Assembly: GCF_006345805.1 (NCBI RefSeq)
Contig: NC_043003.1
Coordinates: forward strand, 71,610,001 to 71,674,000
Source of the DNA: Octopus sinensis
Taxonomy: Eukaryota
Length of the DNA stretch: 64,000 nt
Reading direction: 5' to 3'
In this document: positions 34,261 through 48,385 of the stretch, piece after piece
Position numbering within the stretch: position 1 is the stretch's first letter
Layout of the letters: every line of letters begins with the position of its first letter
Position numbers and translations under genes: made by a program
Notes under the pieces: model-generated
What the model was told of the DNA's origin: nothing
Seen by the model: the letters and a program-made list of their open reading frames with translations, nothing else
Databases searched by the model: none

Positions 34261-35844
34261 CCATACCAGTACAACCTCTTCTCCTGCACTGGATTCCTAT
34301 TATATCATTTTGTTTCTCACTTCATTAATACTTAGTTATTTGTGCACACCCTTTGACTTTGAGGGAGCGCTTTTTAGCCAGTAGCGGTAATAGCTCACTG
34401 AACTCTCTCCAATCTGGTAACTACACTTTTAAAAGACTCATGTCCTACTGTTAATTAGGTCACATAGGTAACAAAAGGTGTCAACTACATCTAAGGAGCC
34501 ATTGGGGCATTTCAAGGTATCAATTTCCCAAATACTCTTAGTGCTTATTACTCTGCATATAACATCTACTTTCTCTGCTTGCCTACATGTGATCCCATTT
34601 CACCTTTTATCTGTCCATTGTTTATACTGAGTACGCCTTATTGAATTTCTACTGACTTCTTTTCTGAAAACAGAGCATGGTCATTTCACTGAAGCTACAA
34701 AGGTCCTGCCTTCCTTCTTACTTATCAAAATTTTACTTTTGCTTAGTTTACTTTAAGACCCTTTAATTCCAGGTTTGGTTTCCATGACTGGAATTTCTGC
34801 TTCAATTCTTTTATAGATTCTGCTATAAGAACTAAGTTCAAAGCATACAAAAATTCACAATGGCAGTTGATTTTTAAAATCCCCTATTATGGCTTGGGGG
34901 ACTATAATAAACAAGGTAGGCTGAAAACTGAGGTACCTCTCCCTGGTATCTCGTCCAGACTTATCATGTTTATAACCAGTTTTGTAATAACTCTTTCTGT
35001 AACTTTTACAACCTGGGCCAAACATTTATGGAAATGATAAATTATTATTAGTTTTCTTTATGAAAGAATTTTAGCCCATTTCTTTCTCTTGTCTTTTATG
35101 TCAGTTCTTTGATTTAAAATGAAGATAGCTTATGAAATCAGAGATTTTTATATTAAATAAGATATTCTTTGTAATATGAAAATAAACTGAACTTGGTTTT
35201 CTTGAAAACATATTTCAGAATAAAGAAAAATGAATACATCAGTTACAGAAAGTATTTCTTTGAAACAGCCTATCAATCTTTTATGTCCGATACATGTCAG
35301 TATGGAAGAATAGATTTATGATGAAGATGATGATGATAATAATAATGAAGAAGATGCCATAAACATTTAAACTTAATCAAATCTTACACAAAACAAGAAA
35401 CCAAAATTACCCTTAAAACAAGCAGAATTACTAATTAGTTTTATTACTTTCTCAATAAGATAATAATTTGATTAGACAGAAATTTCATAAGTAAATAATG
35501 ATTGCTTTTAATGAGACACATGGTAAAGATATCAATTCAGTTGACTACAATATATTACTGGCTCAATGTACAAATAGGTTTTTTACTCCAGGACTACAGC
35601 TGTTCAAAACGATCAATTCTTTTGCAAAAGTACAAGACCCATACACAGTGTGTTAAGAGGGGTGGAAGAAATAGTGAATTAATATGTTGCAATATATTAT
35701 TGCTTGTAGTACACTACTGATACATATTTATCAATTAGATAAGGATTTGAAGATGGAAGGTAAAAGTAACTATTGCAAGACAATTAGTCTTTCACTCTTT
35801 CATTAGGTCTTCAAAGTATCAGTGGTGATAGTTTATGACAAATT

Positions 35845-36652
35845 TACAGTTATAAAACTACATGTTGAGAGGATCATTTTGTAATATAGAACTGAAGGGA
35901 GCTACAGTAATCAGAATCAGGTTCCAAATATTAACATAGTCATTTGTGCTGAGTATGAAAAAGCAGACATCATGACTGATGCTCAATGCACTATGAGCAA
36001 TGTAAAGGCTGTAAGATGTGATAAGGACAGCTGCAACTGAGACCATGAAGCCATGACAAGCAGGCGGGAACACAGCATGCATTCTGACTGTGTCCACATG
36101 CCAGAATTCATCCAACAGCTAATGAACAGGGCTTTAGGGTCAATTCAGATGGCCATGTGAAGCTACTGGAAACTATGGTCAAATCCTGGCTGAAGAGGGT
36201 TGCTGCTGGAAGGTCAAATGTGTGACAACAGGATTTGGCTTCCAGCCATATCTCCAGAGAGAGCCAAGAGTGATTATCACAGAATTTCTACAACTTCCTC
36301 AGGTCCATTTCTGGCCTCCTAATTCCCCCAGTTGTAATCTCATAGATTACTATGTGTGGAACACATTTAAGAAGGACACAACCACTCTGTCTGCAACAGC
36401 AAGGCTGAGCTGGTAGTGAAGATCAAGGAGGTGCTTGAAGATTTTCCTAGGGACACAGTGAAGTGTGCATTTGCCAAGGTTGATAGTTGTCTTGAGGCTG
36501 TAGTGGAAGGCGAGTGCAGCTACTTTGAAGAAATTGTTATATCCCAGCCATAATCTAGTTGATATTTTTTGATTGTTTAAAACAATTTTATTTGTGGATG
36601 GGAAATAGTATTTACTTTTCCTTTTCTGCAAACTGTAAAAGTTAATCTCAAC

Positions 36653-36655
<3 letters not shown>
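35845..36655 (+). mobile_element. maT/DD37D-like non-autonomous element, copy 2
   Basis: KLLETMVKSWLKRVAAGR..V.QQD.ASSH...FWPPNSPSCNLIDYYVW; homologous to the 8110 copy. Boundaries approximate. Confidence 0.72.
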
Positions 36656-36690
<35 letters not shown>

Positions 36691-36794
36691 AGCATGTACG
36701 CACACATGTATGTATGTGTGTGTGTGTGTGCATGCGCGCACACATGTATGTATGTATGTGTGTGTGTGTACATAGTCATAAGTGGCAGAGAAAT

Positions 36795-37115
36795 AGTTTA
36801 ATGAAATTTTATTTAACAATAAGAAAATTTAAATATGACAAATTGTTTTGCAACTTAAAGACATGTAGATAATTTATGTCATATAAACTTTTATGTTCTT
36901 GAAACATTACATCAAGAATTTAGTATTTATCAGACTTTCTTTCAACTGAGGATGTAGCTTAAATTCTGTATTATTTTGAAGGATTTTTTACATTAATGCA
37001 GACATGTAAGTAATTTATTTATTATTAAATATAATACAAATTATCTACATGTTTCCAAGTTACGAAACAATTTGTCAAAATATTTGAATTTTCTTATTGC
37101 TAAAATTTCATTAAA
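36795..37115. repeat. Fold-back unit, ~85-bp diverged inverted arms
   Basis: tttaatgaaatttta..aataagaaaatt..gacaaattgttt..aactt..acatgtagataattt is present in both orientations. Confidence 0.75.
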
Positions 37116-37789
37116 CTATGTCATTTTCTTTCGTACTGTATATATATTCTATATATTTTGTAGAATGATAATTAAGGAGCTTTTTTATGAGTACTACTGG
37201 ATTACTTGAATCTATATATTGTGACTTAAATATATTTACATACGCATGCAGTCATCTGCATACATACATATGTAGTCATCTACATACATATATGCACACA
37301 TTCATCTAAAAACCATGAGTCAGAAAATACAGGTACTCATACATTTGTGGCTATATTAATATTTAAACAACTGTATTATAGATCTATTTCAGCTAGTTTT
37401 ACCAGTCAGTGGGGTTCACACACAAGAGTTTGAAGAAAAACCCATCTAGTTTGTGGGTGTTATGAAAAACTGGAACATAAATTACCCATGAAAGATCCTC
37501 AGAGGAAAATTTATCTAGAGTTATATCAATTGAGCAAAGATCGGAATACCTCACAATGTGATGGTTATTGCTTGCAGAGTGGAGTTGTGGTTTAGGTGCA
37601 AAGTGACATGAGGCTGATAGAGGAGGAGTAGAAAGTGGAGATTGTGTGAGTAGTCAGTCTTAATGTTATGTGTGGGTATGTATATAGGTGTTTGTATGTA
37701 ATAAGTTGGATGTAATAAACCTTATAGTCAACCCCCAGACTGCAGTAGTGGGAAGAACTAACAGTGGCTGCTCTGACATTTATATTCAT

Positions 37790-38150
37790 GTTGCAGTCTG
37801 TACCATGAATATTAATGTCAAAAGATCACAATGGGCATGCAAATATGCAGAAATAAGAGAACTCAACAGTAAGTCTCTTTAGGATAAGATTTAACAACCA
37901 CAAATTATCTTTTAATATCCAAGGGAAGCAAAGTGTCACAGTGCTAGCTAGGCAAATATGCCCATTGAAAGAAAGTGCCATGGGTTACAGTAGGAAGCAC
38001 AGAGTACTGGAGAGATGCAAAGCTTACTTCAAGAGAAGTTGGAGGTACAGGGAATGTTTGGTGAATAAAAAAATTATAATAATTACTAAAGGACTCTTGC
38101 CACTTGGATACCTATCTAAACTGTAAAAGCAAAATTTTCCGATCCTGGAC
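37790..38150 (+). mobile_element. Penelope-like GIY-YIG domain fragment
   Basis: IRFNNHKLSFNIQGKQSVTVLARQICPLK.....VLERCKAY....ECLVNKKIII resembles the Penelope endonuclease C-terminus. Confidence 0.65.
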
Positions 38151-38519
38151 ACATGAAAGGAATTATGTGCTTAGATATCTATGAACTGCACCATGAACAT
38201 AGACATTATACCTTTCACCATCAGTACTTGTCTGATGGTTCAGCCCAAGGTTTACTACACTCAGCTTATCACACACACAGACACACACACGCAACCAATC
38301 CCACACTGCAGGTTGTGACTCTTTACACTGTGAAGACACTCTGGTCCTTGCCCAAAGAATATAACTCTAGATAAATTCCAATTTTGAGTTTCTGGTTTTT
38401 CACAGAACCCACAAACTGGCAGTGACACTTCCTGATGTCCAGTGGCAGAGAACCTTCACCATTCGTCTTACACACAACAAAAACAGTTTCACACAGTCCC
38501 ACAATTCTCTAATGCACAG

Positions 38520-39168
38520 ACATTGAATTATTGCATGCAAGATGGTTTTGTTCCCTTGCAAGCATCTCAACAACCTAGGGAGAATAATTCATTGGTAGTT
38601 ATATAAGTACACAAGAAAATACATGACAACCTAGGGAGAATAATCTACTGGAAGTTATGTACAAAGCTAGAATTTAACCACACTGATAAATGGTATGAAC
38701 ATGATCCTAGTAAAGTACAAGACAGTAAGAAATATAAAATATTGTGGAATTTTAACATTCAGATGGACAGAGTAATAGATACAAGAAGGCCTGATTTAGT
38801 AGTAGTAGACAAAGAAAATAGAAAGTGCCAGATAATTGATTTTACAGTCCCAAATGCTGAGAAAGTCAATTATGAGAGGTATAGAGAAAATAGCAAAGTA
38901 CCAGAACCTAACCACTGAGTTACAGAGACTATGAAAAGTGCATGTAAGGTGTATCCCTGTAGTTATAGGTGCATTAGGAACTATCCCTTATGATTTGAAC
39001 AGATGGATAGAAGAAATAAGCATAAAGCCTAGTTTAGTACAGCTTCAGAAAACAGTGTTATTAGAGACATCTAGAATACTTAGGAGGGTTCTTGGCATCT
39101 AAGGTTATTGTAACCTGATGTTAGAAATCTTTCTTTTCAAACAGTTTAATCTGTTGTGCATATATGAA
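38520..39168 (+). mobile_element. R4/Dong-clade non-LTR 3' fragment (restriction-like endonuclease domain)
   Basis: DNLGRIIYWKLC..WYEH..KILWNFNIQMDRVIDTRRPDLVVVDKENRKCQIIDF..KYQNL..PVVIGALGT..ILRRVLGI*; followed by (AAT)n. Confidence 0.88.
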
Positions 39169-39199
39169 ATAATAATAATAATAATAATAATGATAGTAA

Positions 39200-39790
39200 T
39201 TCTTTCTACATAGGCACAAAGCCTGAAATTTTACAGGAGGAGGTTAGTTGCTTGAGTAGAACTTATTGACCTCAAAGGGATGAAAGGTAAAGATGACCCC
39301 AGCAGAATTTGAACTCAGAAGGTAAATGCAGATGAAATGCAGTTAAGCATTTTGTCTGACATGGTAACAATTCTGCCACTATGCCACCTTAATAATAATT
39401 CTTTCTATTATAAGCAGAAGGCCTGAAGTTTGGGGGAAGGGGATAGGGAATTAATTCAACCCTTGCACTCAGCTGGTACTTATTGACTCTGAAAGAATGA
39501 AAGGCAAAGTTGACCTTGGTGGCATTTGAACTCGGAGCGTAAAGACAGATGAAATGCTGCTAAGCATTTTGCTCAGCACACTAATGATGATAATAATAAT
39601 AATAATCCTTTCTTCTAAAGGCTTGAAATTTCGGGAAAGGGGACTAGTTGATTACATCAACCCCAATGTTTCATTGGTCCTTAATTTATCAACCCTGAAA
39701 GGGTGAAAGGCAAAGTTGACCTCAGCAGAATTTGAACTCAGAATGTAAAGACAGACAAAATGCCGCTAAACATTTTGCCAGGCGTAGTAG
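39200..39790 (-). mobile_element. Three consecutive SINE family A copies separated by (AAT)n
   Basis: Repeated aggcctgaaattt..ggg, ttgacctc.gc.gaatttgaactc, aagcattttg blocks at ~39200, 39405 and 39605. Confidence 0.82.
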
Positions 39791-40206
39791 TGGTAATAAT
39801 ATCTTTATTAATACATTACATCTATATCTAATCTTTCCACATAGTGAAAAGAGTTTGCAACATATGATCTAGTAAAGGGTTATATGATGGCTGTTTTGTA
39901 TTCATTCATTCACACACACTCTCTCTCTCTATTATCTACATATAACCACAAAAACTGTCCAACCAAATTACTACTATAAACAGTGAACCATTACTCCCAA
40001 TACTAGATTTTAACAATAAGCAGATGATGAACTGAAAATAACTACATTTCTCATTTGGTCAACTTCCATTCATCCCATTGTTAAAGTGGTAACATTCCCA
40101 TTCATATAATTGTTAAATTGGTGATCCCATGGAAGGAATGAAGTACACAACTGTTTCTGACACCCAATACTCAACATTGAAAAAATATGCAGCCAATTGC
40201 ATTTAA

Positions 40207-41171
40207 CTCTTTAGCATTCAGTGAGGACATGTGTAGGCTTGAAAGAAATGAAACCAGTATGCTTTGCTAGATGTGCAATGTCAGTGTGCATGCTCAATAG
40301 AGTGTAAGCATACTGAGGAAAAGTTAAGCGTAAGAGGTATCAGATGTGGTGTGCAAGAGAGACGACTGTACTGGCATGGTCATGTGATGTGTATGGATGA
40401 GGACAGTTGTGTAAAGAAGTGCTGATCTTTAACTGTGGGAGGAACCTGCAGTAGAGGTAGACCCAGGAAGACATGGGACAAAGTGGTGAAGCATGATCTT
40501 TGAACTTTGAGCCTCACAGAGGCAATGACTAGAGACTGAGACTTTTGGTGATATGCTGTTCTTAAGAAGACCTGTCAAGCCAAGTGAAATTGTAGTCATG
40601 GTTGATGCTGGTGTCACGTAACTGGCACCCATACCAGCGGCATGTAAAGAGCACCTTTTGAGTGTTGGGCCTCACAGAGGCAATGACTGAGATATTTGGC
40701 ATTATGTTATACTTGAGAAGACCCATCAAGCTGAGCAAAATTGCAGTCATAGCAGATACTGGTGTTAATGCAAATGGCATGCATGCCAGTGGAATGCAAA
40801 AGCACACATTACACTCTCAGAGTGGTTGGCATTAGGAAGGGCATCCAGCCATAGAAAAAGATTGCCAAATCAGATTGGAGTCTGGTGCAGCCTTTCAGCT
40901 TACCAGCCCTGGTCAAACCATCCAACCCATGCCAGCATGTACAACGAATGTTAAATGATGACGATGATTACTCTGTTAACTTTAATGATTATTCATTTAC
41001 ACTATTTTGAATTAATCATGCATTATCTTGTGGCTTTGAGATTATGATGATACGATTATTTATTTTTACAGTAACATTGTATGGTAGGTGTGAGAGGTCA
41101 GATCTGGTTGGTTTGAACATAAAATTGGTACTAAATTTGGGCCAGATATGGCAAGTTTAAATGTTAAAGGG
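40207..41171. mobile_element. TTAA-flanked (piggyBac-type) MITE split by an RTE insertion
   Basis: ttaa|ctctttagcattcag (40207-40221) ... attactctg (~40967) ... aaatgttaaaggg|ttaa (41171). Confidence 0.78.
40222..40965 (+). mobile_element. RTE LINE 3' fragment (ORF2 C-terminus plus 3' UTR)
   Basis: RGIRCGVQERRLYWHGHVMCMDEDSCVKK...GRPRKTWDKVVKHDL; tail aggaagggcatccagcc...gttaaatgatgacgatg. Confidence 0.88.
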
Positions 41172-42712
41172 TTAAAATGCTAAACCAGTGACCCACTTCA
41201 AAGAACAGCAGTGCAACTGCCCTACATCTCAGCAGTACACAGCTTGGATCTTGTGACATCCAGCATCCAGAAAACATACAGCCAAATATCTTACACTGGA
41301 CATAACCAAGCAAGCATAACAATGAAGAAAAGAACAAAAACATAACTGAAAAAAATAACTTTTCTATAAACTCTGCAAATTTTTTACTTCCAAACATTGT
41401 TACTAAAATAAATTTCCATCCTGCAAACTTCATGCTAACCACATGGTGACATGTATATAACCCTAATAGTATAGCAATGTTCAACTTTCTACCTTATGTA
41501 CATCACATTGTTCATAATCTGCAGACCCACATTCATGTGCATATACATTTTCATGGTATCCTATTCTCTTGTGTACACACCAATCACCATGCATTCATAT
41601 CGCACATTATTCTCATACTTCAACAATTTGGCTGTTGCTATCTGATTTGCATATGAATGCTTTGTTTCAGGAGACTCAACTGTTTCTACATTTTTATTTG
41701 TTTAAACACAATAGTAACATACATTCAATATCACACATACCTTAGAATTTGCACCTTCAGAGATTGTTTCCAGACCTATGTCAATCCGAAGCTATAGTTC
41801 TCAAAATTATTTATCAGTTGCTGCACCTAGTGACATTTTACACAGCCCTATTTCACATATTTTCTATTATTGAAATCACTACACAGCTTAACTTGACCAA
41901 ACCTGTTAACACTGGCAGCCATATTCTCCAGGTATTTTCAATAAGGAAAATTAACTACACTTTCTGCACTCTTTCTTCCAGCTATTTATCCTCTTCTCTT
42001 TATGTGACCTCACTCAGGTTATAATGTACATAGGGGAGTTTATTTATCCCAGTGCATCCACCATGTCCTTTGTGCCTTCCAATATTTGTTTTACCCACAA
42101 CAAATACTCCTGATCACAATGTCAGACACACTTGGTCTCTACACTGCTTTCAAGGCATCTATCTACTCAGCTGCACACACAAATCACCAGAAATCTTCTT
42201 CTTATACCATGGAATGAGAATATACATTTTTCTCAGCTCTTTGCAATGCAAACTGACAGCTACACAAAATTCACACTCATTTGAATATTATATACTGCAC
42301 CTTATTTACTTGAATATTGCACTCATGCAATCTCACTATTTAGATGTAATTCATATTCAGACCTACTCAAATACGTGCTTTTGCATTCCCTCATACAACA
42401 GTTCAGATTCACTCACCAAGTGCCTAAGAAGCTTAGCTCTGATTTTCAATGTATACTGTTTGTGTATACATTAAAAACCACATTAGTATTCACATAGTTA
42501 TTGTTTATCAGCTGTAGAATATGTTAACATCAGTAGAAGAGCCTGTATTTTGATTTTGTTCATTGTTATGAAGCCTACTATCTGATAGGGGAGTAATGTA
42601 TCAGGCCTATATTTTGATTCAAACACCAGACATGTTTTGAATTAGCAAATTCTTTGTAAATGATAACTAAAATTTTGGCCAATTGAGTAGTAATATCAGC
42701 AAAAATCTGGCC

Positions 42713-43015
42713 CAGTGGTTTCCAACTGAGGTCTACATGACCCCTGTTGGTCCATGCAAGCAAAATAGTAAATAGTATATTAAGGGTCCATGAAAACATT
42801 TTGCTTTAGATGTATTTATTGTAAGAAATGGTCAGGTTTAATTTTCTAATGTTTTACATAGTTCAACTTACACCAATAACTGTGTGATGAACAAAATAGA
42901 AATTTTGAAAGAAATACCTATAAACTAGTTTTTACACATCAAATGGCAATGGGAATACACCAAAGTAAAGTAGCAATGAAAGGGGTCCAGAGGTAAAAAA
43001 TGTTGAGAACCACCT
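42713..43015. mobile_element. hAT-type MITE
   Basis: TIRs cagtggtttccaac / gttgagaaccac; perfect 8-bp TSD atctggcc at 42705-42712 and 43016-43023. Confidence 0.9.
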
Positions 43016-43567
43016 ATCTGGCCAATATGTGAATAACTCCCAGATTTTTCAGTAATGATGTAGCCATATATTAGTCCAGTTAGATTTGTTGCGGAGTGTA
43101 CTAAAAGAGACTAGATTTATAGAGAGAGACAAGTAGTCACAGGCAGAAGCAAATGACAGAGGTAACTGACAGACAAGATAGAACAGAAAATGCAGTCATG
43201 TATTCCTGTCAGGTACTGCAGTTGATGAGCATGGACAGACCCATCAAATGGGAAGAATTTACAACACGAGTGACATGTTCCTGCTAGCATAAAGCTACAT
43301 TATGGTCACTAACACTTTCATCCATTCCTTCATCTTCTCTTTCTCTCTCATCTACACACTCATAAAAACTGTCCAAGTCACTACTATGAGCAGACATAAC
43401 TGTGTTTTTATTTTCCTTTGCCCCCCACCCCCCAATATTTTGGGGATAATATGTATTATTGATTTGATAGAGCACTGAACAACTAATTAAGAGTTCAACA
43501 GTTAATGGCATGAAATTGGAATTGTGTTGAGTCAAATGTCAAAAACACTAATCACACTCATATACAC

Positions 43568-43616
<49 letters not shown>

Positions 43617-45196
43617 AGTTTAACCCCAGTACAAACGGTAGTAAAACCTCATCTATAACAAAGTGGCAGCACCATAAAAGACTTATTGAATTCAATCTTC
43701 AGTGTTTCCAAGAAAGCTACCTGACATAGATAAAAACTACAACAATTGTCTACACTAGATCCATAGAAGTTCCTGCTCTGTAGACAGTTATAGTAATCTT
43801 TAACTAGAATACTGTAAGAATGAGGAAGTAACATTTCAATCAAGTACAAGTTCATATGAGTTGTTCTATATGTAAGTATCCAGGGAAAGGTTCTAGTGTA
43901 TGACTGTAAAGATAGGTATGTAAGCAATCTGAACATTTGGTATTTTATCAACAGTAGGAACTACAATTTTAGTACTTTGTATTGTGTTTCATCATCTCCA
44001 GGGTGTTTATATTATTCACATTGAATTTTGTGCACTTGTTTTCTGACAATCAGAGAATCTTTTAAAGTTCATATTTATTAATTTTGATTTAAAGTTCCAA
44101 AGAAACACATTGCATATACATGCAACAATGGACTGAAAAAAAAAAATCGAGCATGTAGATTTCTTTTATTTATTTATTTATTTATTGCATGTGGTGGTGT
44201 GATATATAATCAATGCCGTGACCTTTCATGAACAACTGTATAGTTCAGTGTTATTGACCTTTTCACACAAAATGTACAACTTATTCTTAAACACTTAAGT
44301 GAATTGAAGAAATATAAAAAAGAAAAGTAAAAAAAAAACAGCAGAAAACTTGCACCAGATTTGAACTCATGAACTATGAGTCGATAGCTAATCTACTTGG
44401 CTATTTAGTAGGTACATATGTATATTTATGTATTATATATATCACAATTTGTGAACAATAATATCATTGTGACAGGTTTCTAGTAGGTTAATCAGTGGCT
44501 CAGTGCATTTTGACAGCAAGGGAGTGTTTGTAAATTACTGCAGAACAAATGGCACATGACTTTGCTACAAAAGAAACCTCAATTTTTAGTTTCCTTTCAG
44601 ATTTATATTGGCTATCTATCTGTCTGCCTGTCTCTAAAAACACACATAGCTTTGATCACAGGGGCATCAGATGACCTAGGGGGTTACACATTGTGTTTGT
44701 TTAATCCAACATATAACACAAACAATATATACACAATCACATATCTATATGTCTATCCGTCCATTTATCTATCTATATGAAGAGATAGAGGGAGAGAGTC
44801 CAGTAGCTAAAAACAGAGACAGACAGATAGACAGAAAGATAGATATATAAACAGATCAAATAGATAAACAGCCGGTAGACAGACAGTTAGTTAGATTGAT
44901 AGACAGACAGATAGATCATGTCACTCAACACATGTTCTGACATCTACATATCCATGTGCTGCCCACTCCAAGACTTTTATTGTCTAGCTATGAAGATAAA
45001 TTTTATTTAACTTGCCTATATAGCCATCCACCCATATAGCTATTCACAACTACATGCAGGCATGCATGCATGTATGTATGTATTTCTGCTCAGTTTCCCT
45101 GAACCTAGTTCCATTCATTTGTCATTGGTGAACTCAAGGTTAGTGGGATTGAACCCTGGATCAAGTGATTCTAAAGATACTTTATTAACCATCATA

Positions 45197-46450
45197 CGAG
45201 GGGGTGCTGAAGAGTTCCTAGCTTCAAGGGTATCATGAAAGGGTAGAGCTGTTACCTTTACAGGGGAGTTAGAACAACTATTTAGAAGATGAGTAAAAAA
45301 AATCATGATGTTATATGTTTTTCCCCTTATTGCAGGTTTAATGCATGATGACAGCTCCTACAAAGGATTTTGGTAGAACTGAAGCACAGGCAGATGAAGT
45401 TTCTCCTTTTGCAAGGCAATGGAACAGTAGAAATTCATGGTGAGATGAAGGAAGTTTTAAAGGATGGCTGCCTATCTTACTCTATAGTGAAAATCTGGGT
45501 GTTAAGGTTTCAGACTGGTCATTTCAAGGTCAAAGATGAACCCCACTCAGGATGGCCACCTTCTGCAACCACAGAGGACAAAGCTGATGCTGTGCATGTC
45601 ATGATTCTTGAGGACTACTGGATTTCAGATAAAGTTATAGCTGAGATTCTGGGGATTTCCCATAAAAAAATTGACCATATCATTCACAACATACTGGACA
45701 CAAGAAAGTTTTCAGCAAAATGGGTGCCAAAATACCTGAATACAAATCAGAAGCACATCAAAGTGACAACATTAATGAAGATTTGTGACTGGTTTGCAGT
45801 AGAAGAGTCTGATTATATGGCTCATTTAGTCCCCATGGATGAAACTTGACTTCATCATTATGATCCCCAGACCAAGCAACAATCAATGGAGTGGTGCCAC
45901 AGTGATTCACTACATCCCAAGACGTTTTGAACCCAGAAGTCAGCTGGCAAGATTCTGGCTTCAGTGTTCTGGGACAAAGACTGAGTACTCCCTATAAAAT
46001 ACTGCCAAGTGTTGCACCACCAATTTAGAATAGTACAGGTCTCTATTAGATGAACTGCATGAAGTTTTGAAGCAGAAATGCTGTGAATAGCTGAGCTTCT
46101 GCAGGACAATTCACCAGCACACACAGCATATGAAACTACAAAAAAATACATGATTTTGTCTTCAAATTTATAGACCACCCACTTGACCTGCTCTAACTAT
46201 CACCCCTTTCTAAAACTAAAGAAACATCCCAAGGAAATTAAATTTCACTTTGATTCAGAAGTGATTGCTGCTATAGAGATCAGGTTGGAGGCCCAACCTT
46301 CTGAGTTTTTTTTACAAGGCTTAGAAAAACTGAAGGACTGCAGCAATAAGTGTGTGAATCTGAGAAGGGAATATGTTGAATAAAATCATAATTAACTGAT
46401 CCTCTTGTATTTTCTTTTCTCAAAGCCAGCAACTATTCAGCATCCCCCTG
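45197..46450 (+). mobile_element. Full-length degenerate mariner transposon (1254 bp)
   Basis: TA TSDs; ~28-bp TIRs cgagggggtgctgaagagttcctagctt / aaagccagcaactattcagcatccccctg. Confidence 0.92.
45370..46383 (+). pseudogene. Mariner transposase pseudogene
   Basis: KWVPKYL, VPMDET.LHHYDP.TKQQSMEW, DNSPAH, CSNYHPFLKLK...GEYVE with stops and frameshifts. Confidence 0.9.
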
Positions 46451-46784
46451 TACAGTTCAAGCCTGAAACCATATTGAACCAGGAAAATAACAGCTGAAGC
46501 AATGTCTCAATTACATCCAATTGGTTGTGGTCATTCTGAAGCAGTAAATACAGTAAATACCGTAATGAATTGTGACATCTTGAATAATGAACTCCCAAGC
46601 TGGAATAACTATGGTAAGTTATAAGCTTCAAAATAAAGAAAATATTTGAAAAAGTAATTAAGTTATCAGTTTGGATATATTCCCAATGTATAAAGCCACA
46701 GTGTTCCATCAGTTTTATTCCTTCTCATAAGTTTTCAAATATTCATGCTCTCTTCCATGAAAATAAATCAATACCTCATATACA

Positions 46785-46827
<43 letters not shown>

Positions 46828-47237
46828 TTCTTCCCACTTACAGTTTAGAATTGAGGAGATAAGGAAAAGGAAAGAAAAAAAGCAGATATCAGTACAGTTT
46901 TGTTGCTATGCACAATTCATATAATGTGGAAGAAAGAATATAATATGAGTAAGTTGTGCATAAATGTTAAATTTATTTGGCAATTGAAATGATTTGCAAA
47001 TCCACCCTAACTCAATTTTTTTATATTCCTTAGCCATATTTGCTAGTGTCATAGAGATGACCCTACAAGCTGGATTTAAATTTATATATTGTCCTTTCAT
47101 ACAAAAATGATGGATCAACATTTGTTAGGCCAGTTGTACATAGAATGTCATGTGAATTTGATTTGAAAACCTCATATTCATCCTCATCTCTCATGATGAT
47201 GGTTGCAGTGATGATGATTACGATGATGATGATGATA

Positions 47238-47635
47238 TCTTTATATATAAAAGAGAAGGTGTGTGTCTGTCTCCTACGATTTAGATTCGTAACTACTCCC
47301 ACATTTTGCGGTGCAGTTTAACCAAAACAGGGTATCTTATAGTTGTGATTCATATTGAGCCCTTCTGGGTATTAGCGCGCGTCTACGATGAGTCTACGAT
47401 TTAAAAAAAAATTACCATAATTTTTTTCCATTTTAATGCATTTTCTTCGCTATTATATAAGGGAAGTAACTCTCTAAAAATGTCTACGATGAGTCAACGA
47501 TTTAAAAAAAAATTACCATCATTTTTTTCCCATTTTTAATGCATTTTTTTGCTATTTTTTTGGCTATAACTCTCTAAAAATGCTTATATAGTTATTTCCC
47601 TTACAAACCCGAGCAACGCCGGGCGATACAGCTAG
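47238..47635 (+). mobile_element. Non-autonomous Helitron-type element, copy 1
   Basis: A|TC 5' end, hairpin cccgagcaacgccggg (47608-47623), CTAG|T 3' end, no TSD; two internal ~95-bp subrepeats. Confidence 0.88.
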
Positions 47636-47812
47636 TTTATTATAGAACATTTCTTTGATATTTTAACGGATCTATCTATCTATAAATGTCTTATTTAATA
47701 AATCATATGGTATAGACCTGGTAGTTTAATAGTAAAGCATGTTCACTTTCTCAGTGTTTGCTGGGTATTTGATTAACAAGATGGAAGATGGAAGATACGA
47801 GAATGTTTATTG

Positions 47813-47917
47813 ATCACTACAATTGTTTCAACCCATCTAACATCGATTATTCATGGGTGGGATACTGAACATCTGGTTTAAGCATACCTTCAGTGTAGAT
47901 GTCTCTCCTCAGGTGAC
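47813..47917 (-). ncRNA. Type I hammerhead motif (CUGAGGA core, long loop II)
   Basis: gtcac CTGAGGA gagacatcta...tagatgggtt GAAA c-aatt-g TA gtgat. Confidence 0.62.
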
Positions 47918-48385
47918 TACAAGATGTATCTCATTAAAATGTCTGTTCCACAAAATTCTTGGTATGTGCATTCAAAAGCAGTGAATTAAGGGATACACAC
48001 TCATTATTATAGAAGATCAATAACAAATATCAGAAGCAAAAAAGAAACAAATACACAATGCAGTGAAAAAACGTATTAGATATAATCATTAGTAGATATG
48101 GAAGTACAAACAGTTTTGCTTACGTTGTTTAGTGCACATACACTCATTTGTACAAACTAACATGAAAATATAAGCATATGCATATGTGTGGTTTTGGCAC
48201 ATATGTTCAGATAGGGAATTAAATAGATATTGATAAATTCAGTGCCTAAGAATGGCTAGTGACATGACACAGGTATTTGTTATTGATCTTCTATAATAAT
48301 AAAGCTGTATCCCTTAATTTGCTGCTTTTGTATACCAAAAATAAATCTTGCAGAACAGATGTTATTTAATGTGGTACATCTTGTA

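Noticed and set aside
44345-44420. tRNA gene
   Set aside because: B-box-like gagttcaaatc is present but there is no cloverleaf; this and other A/B-box hits are SINE heads.
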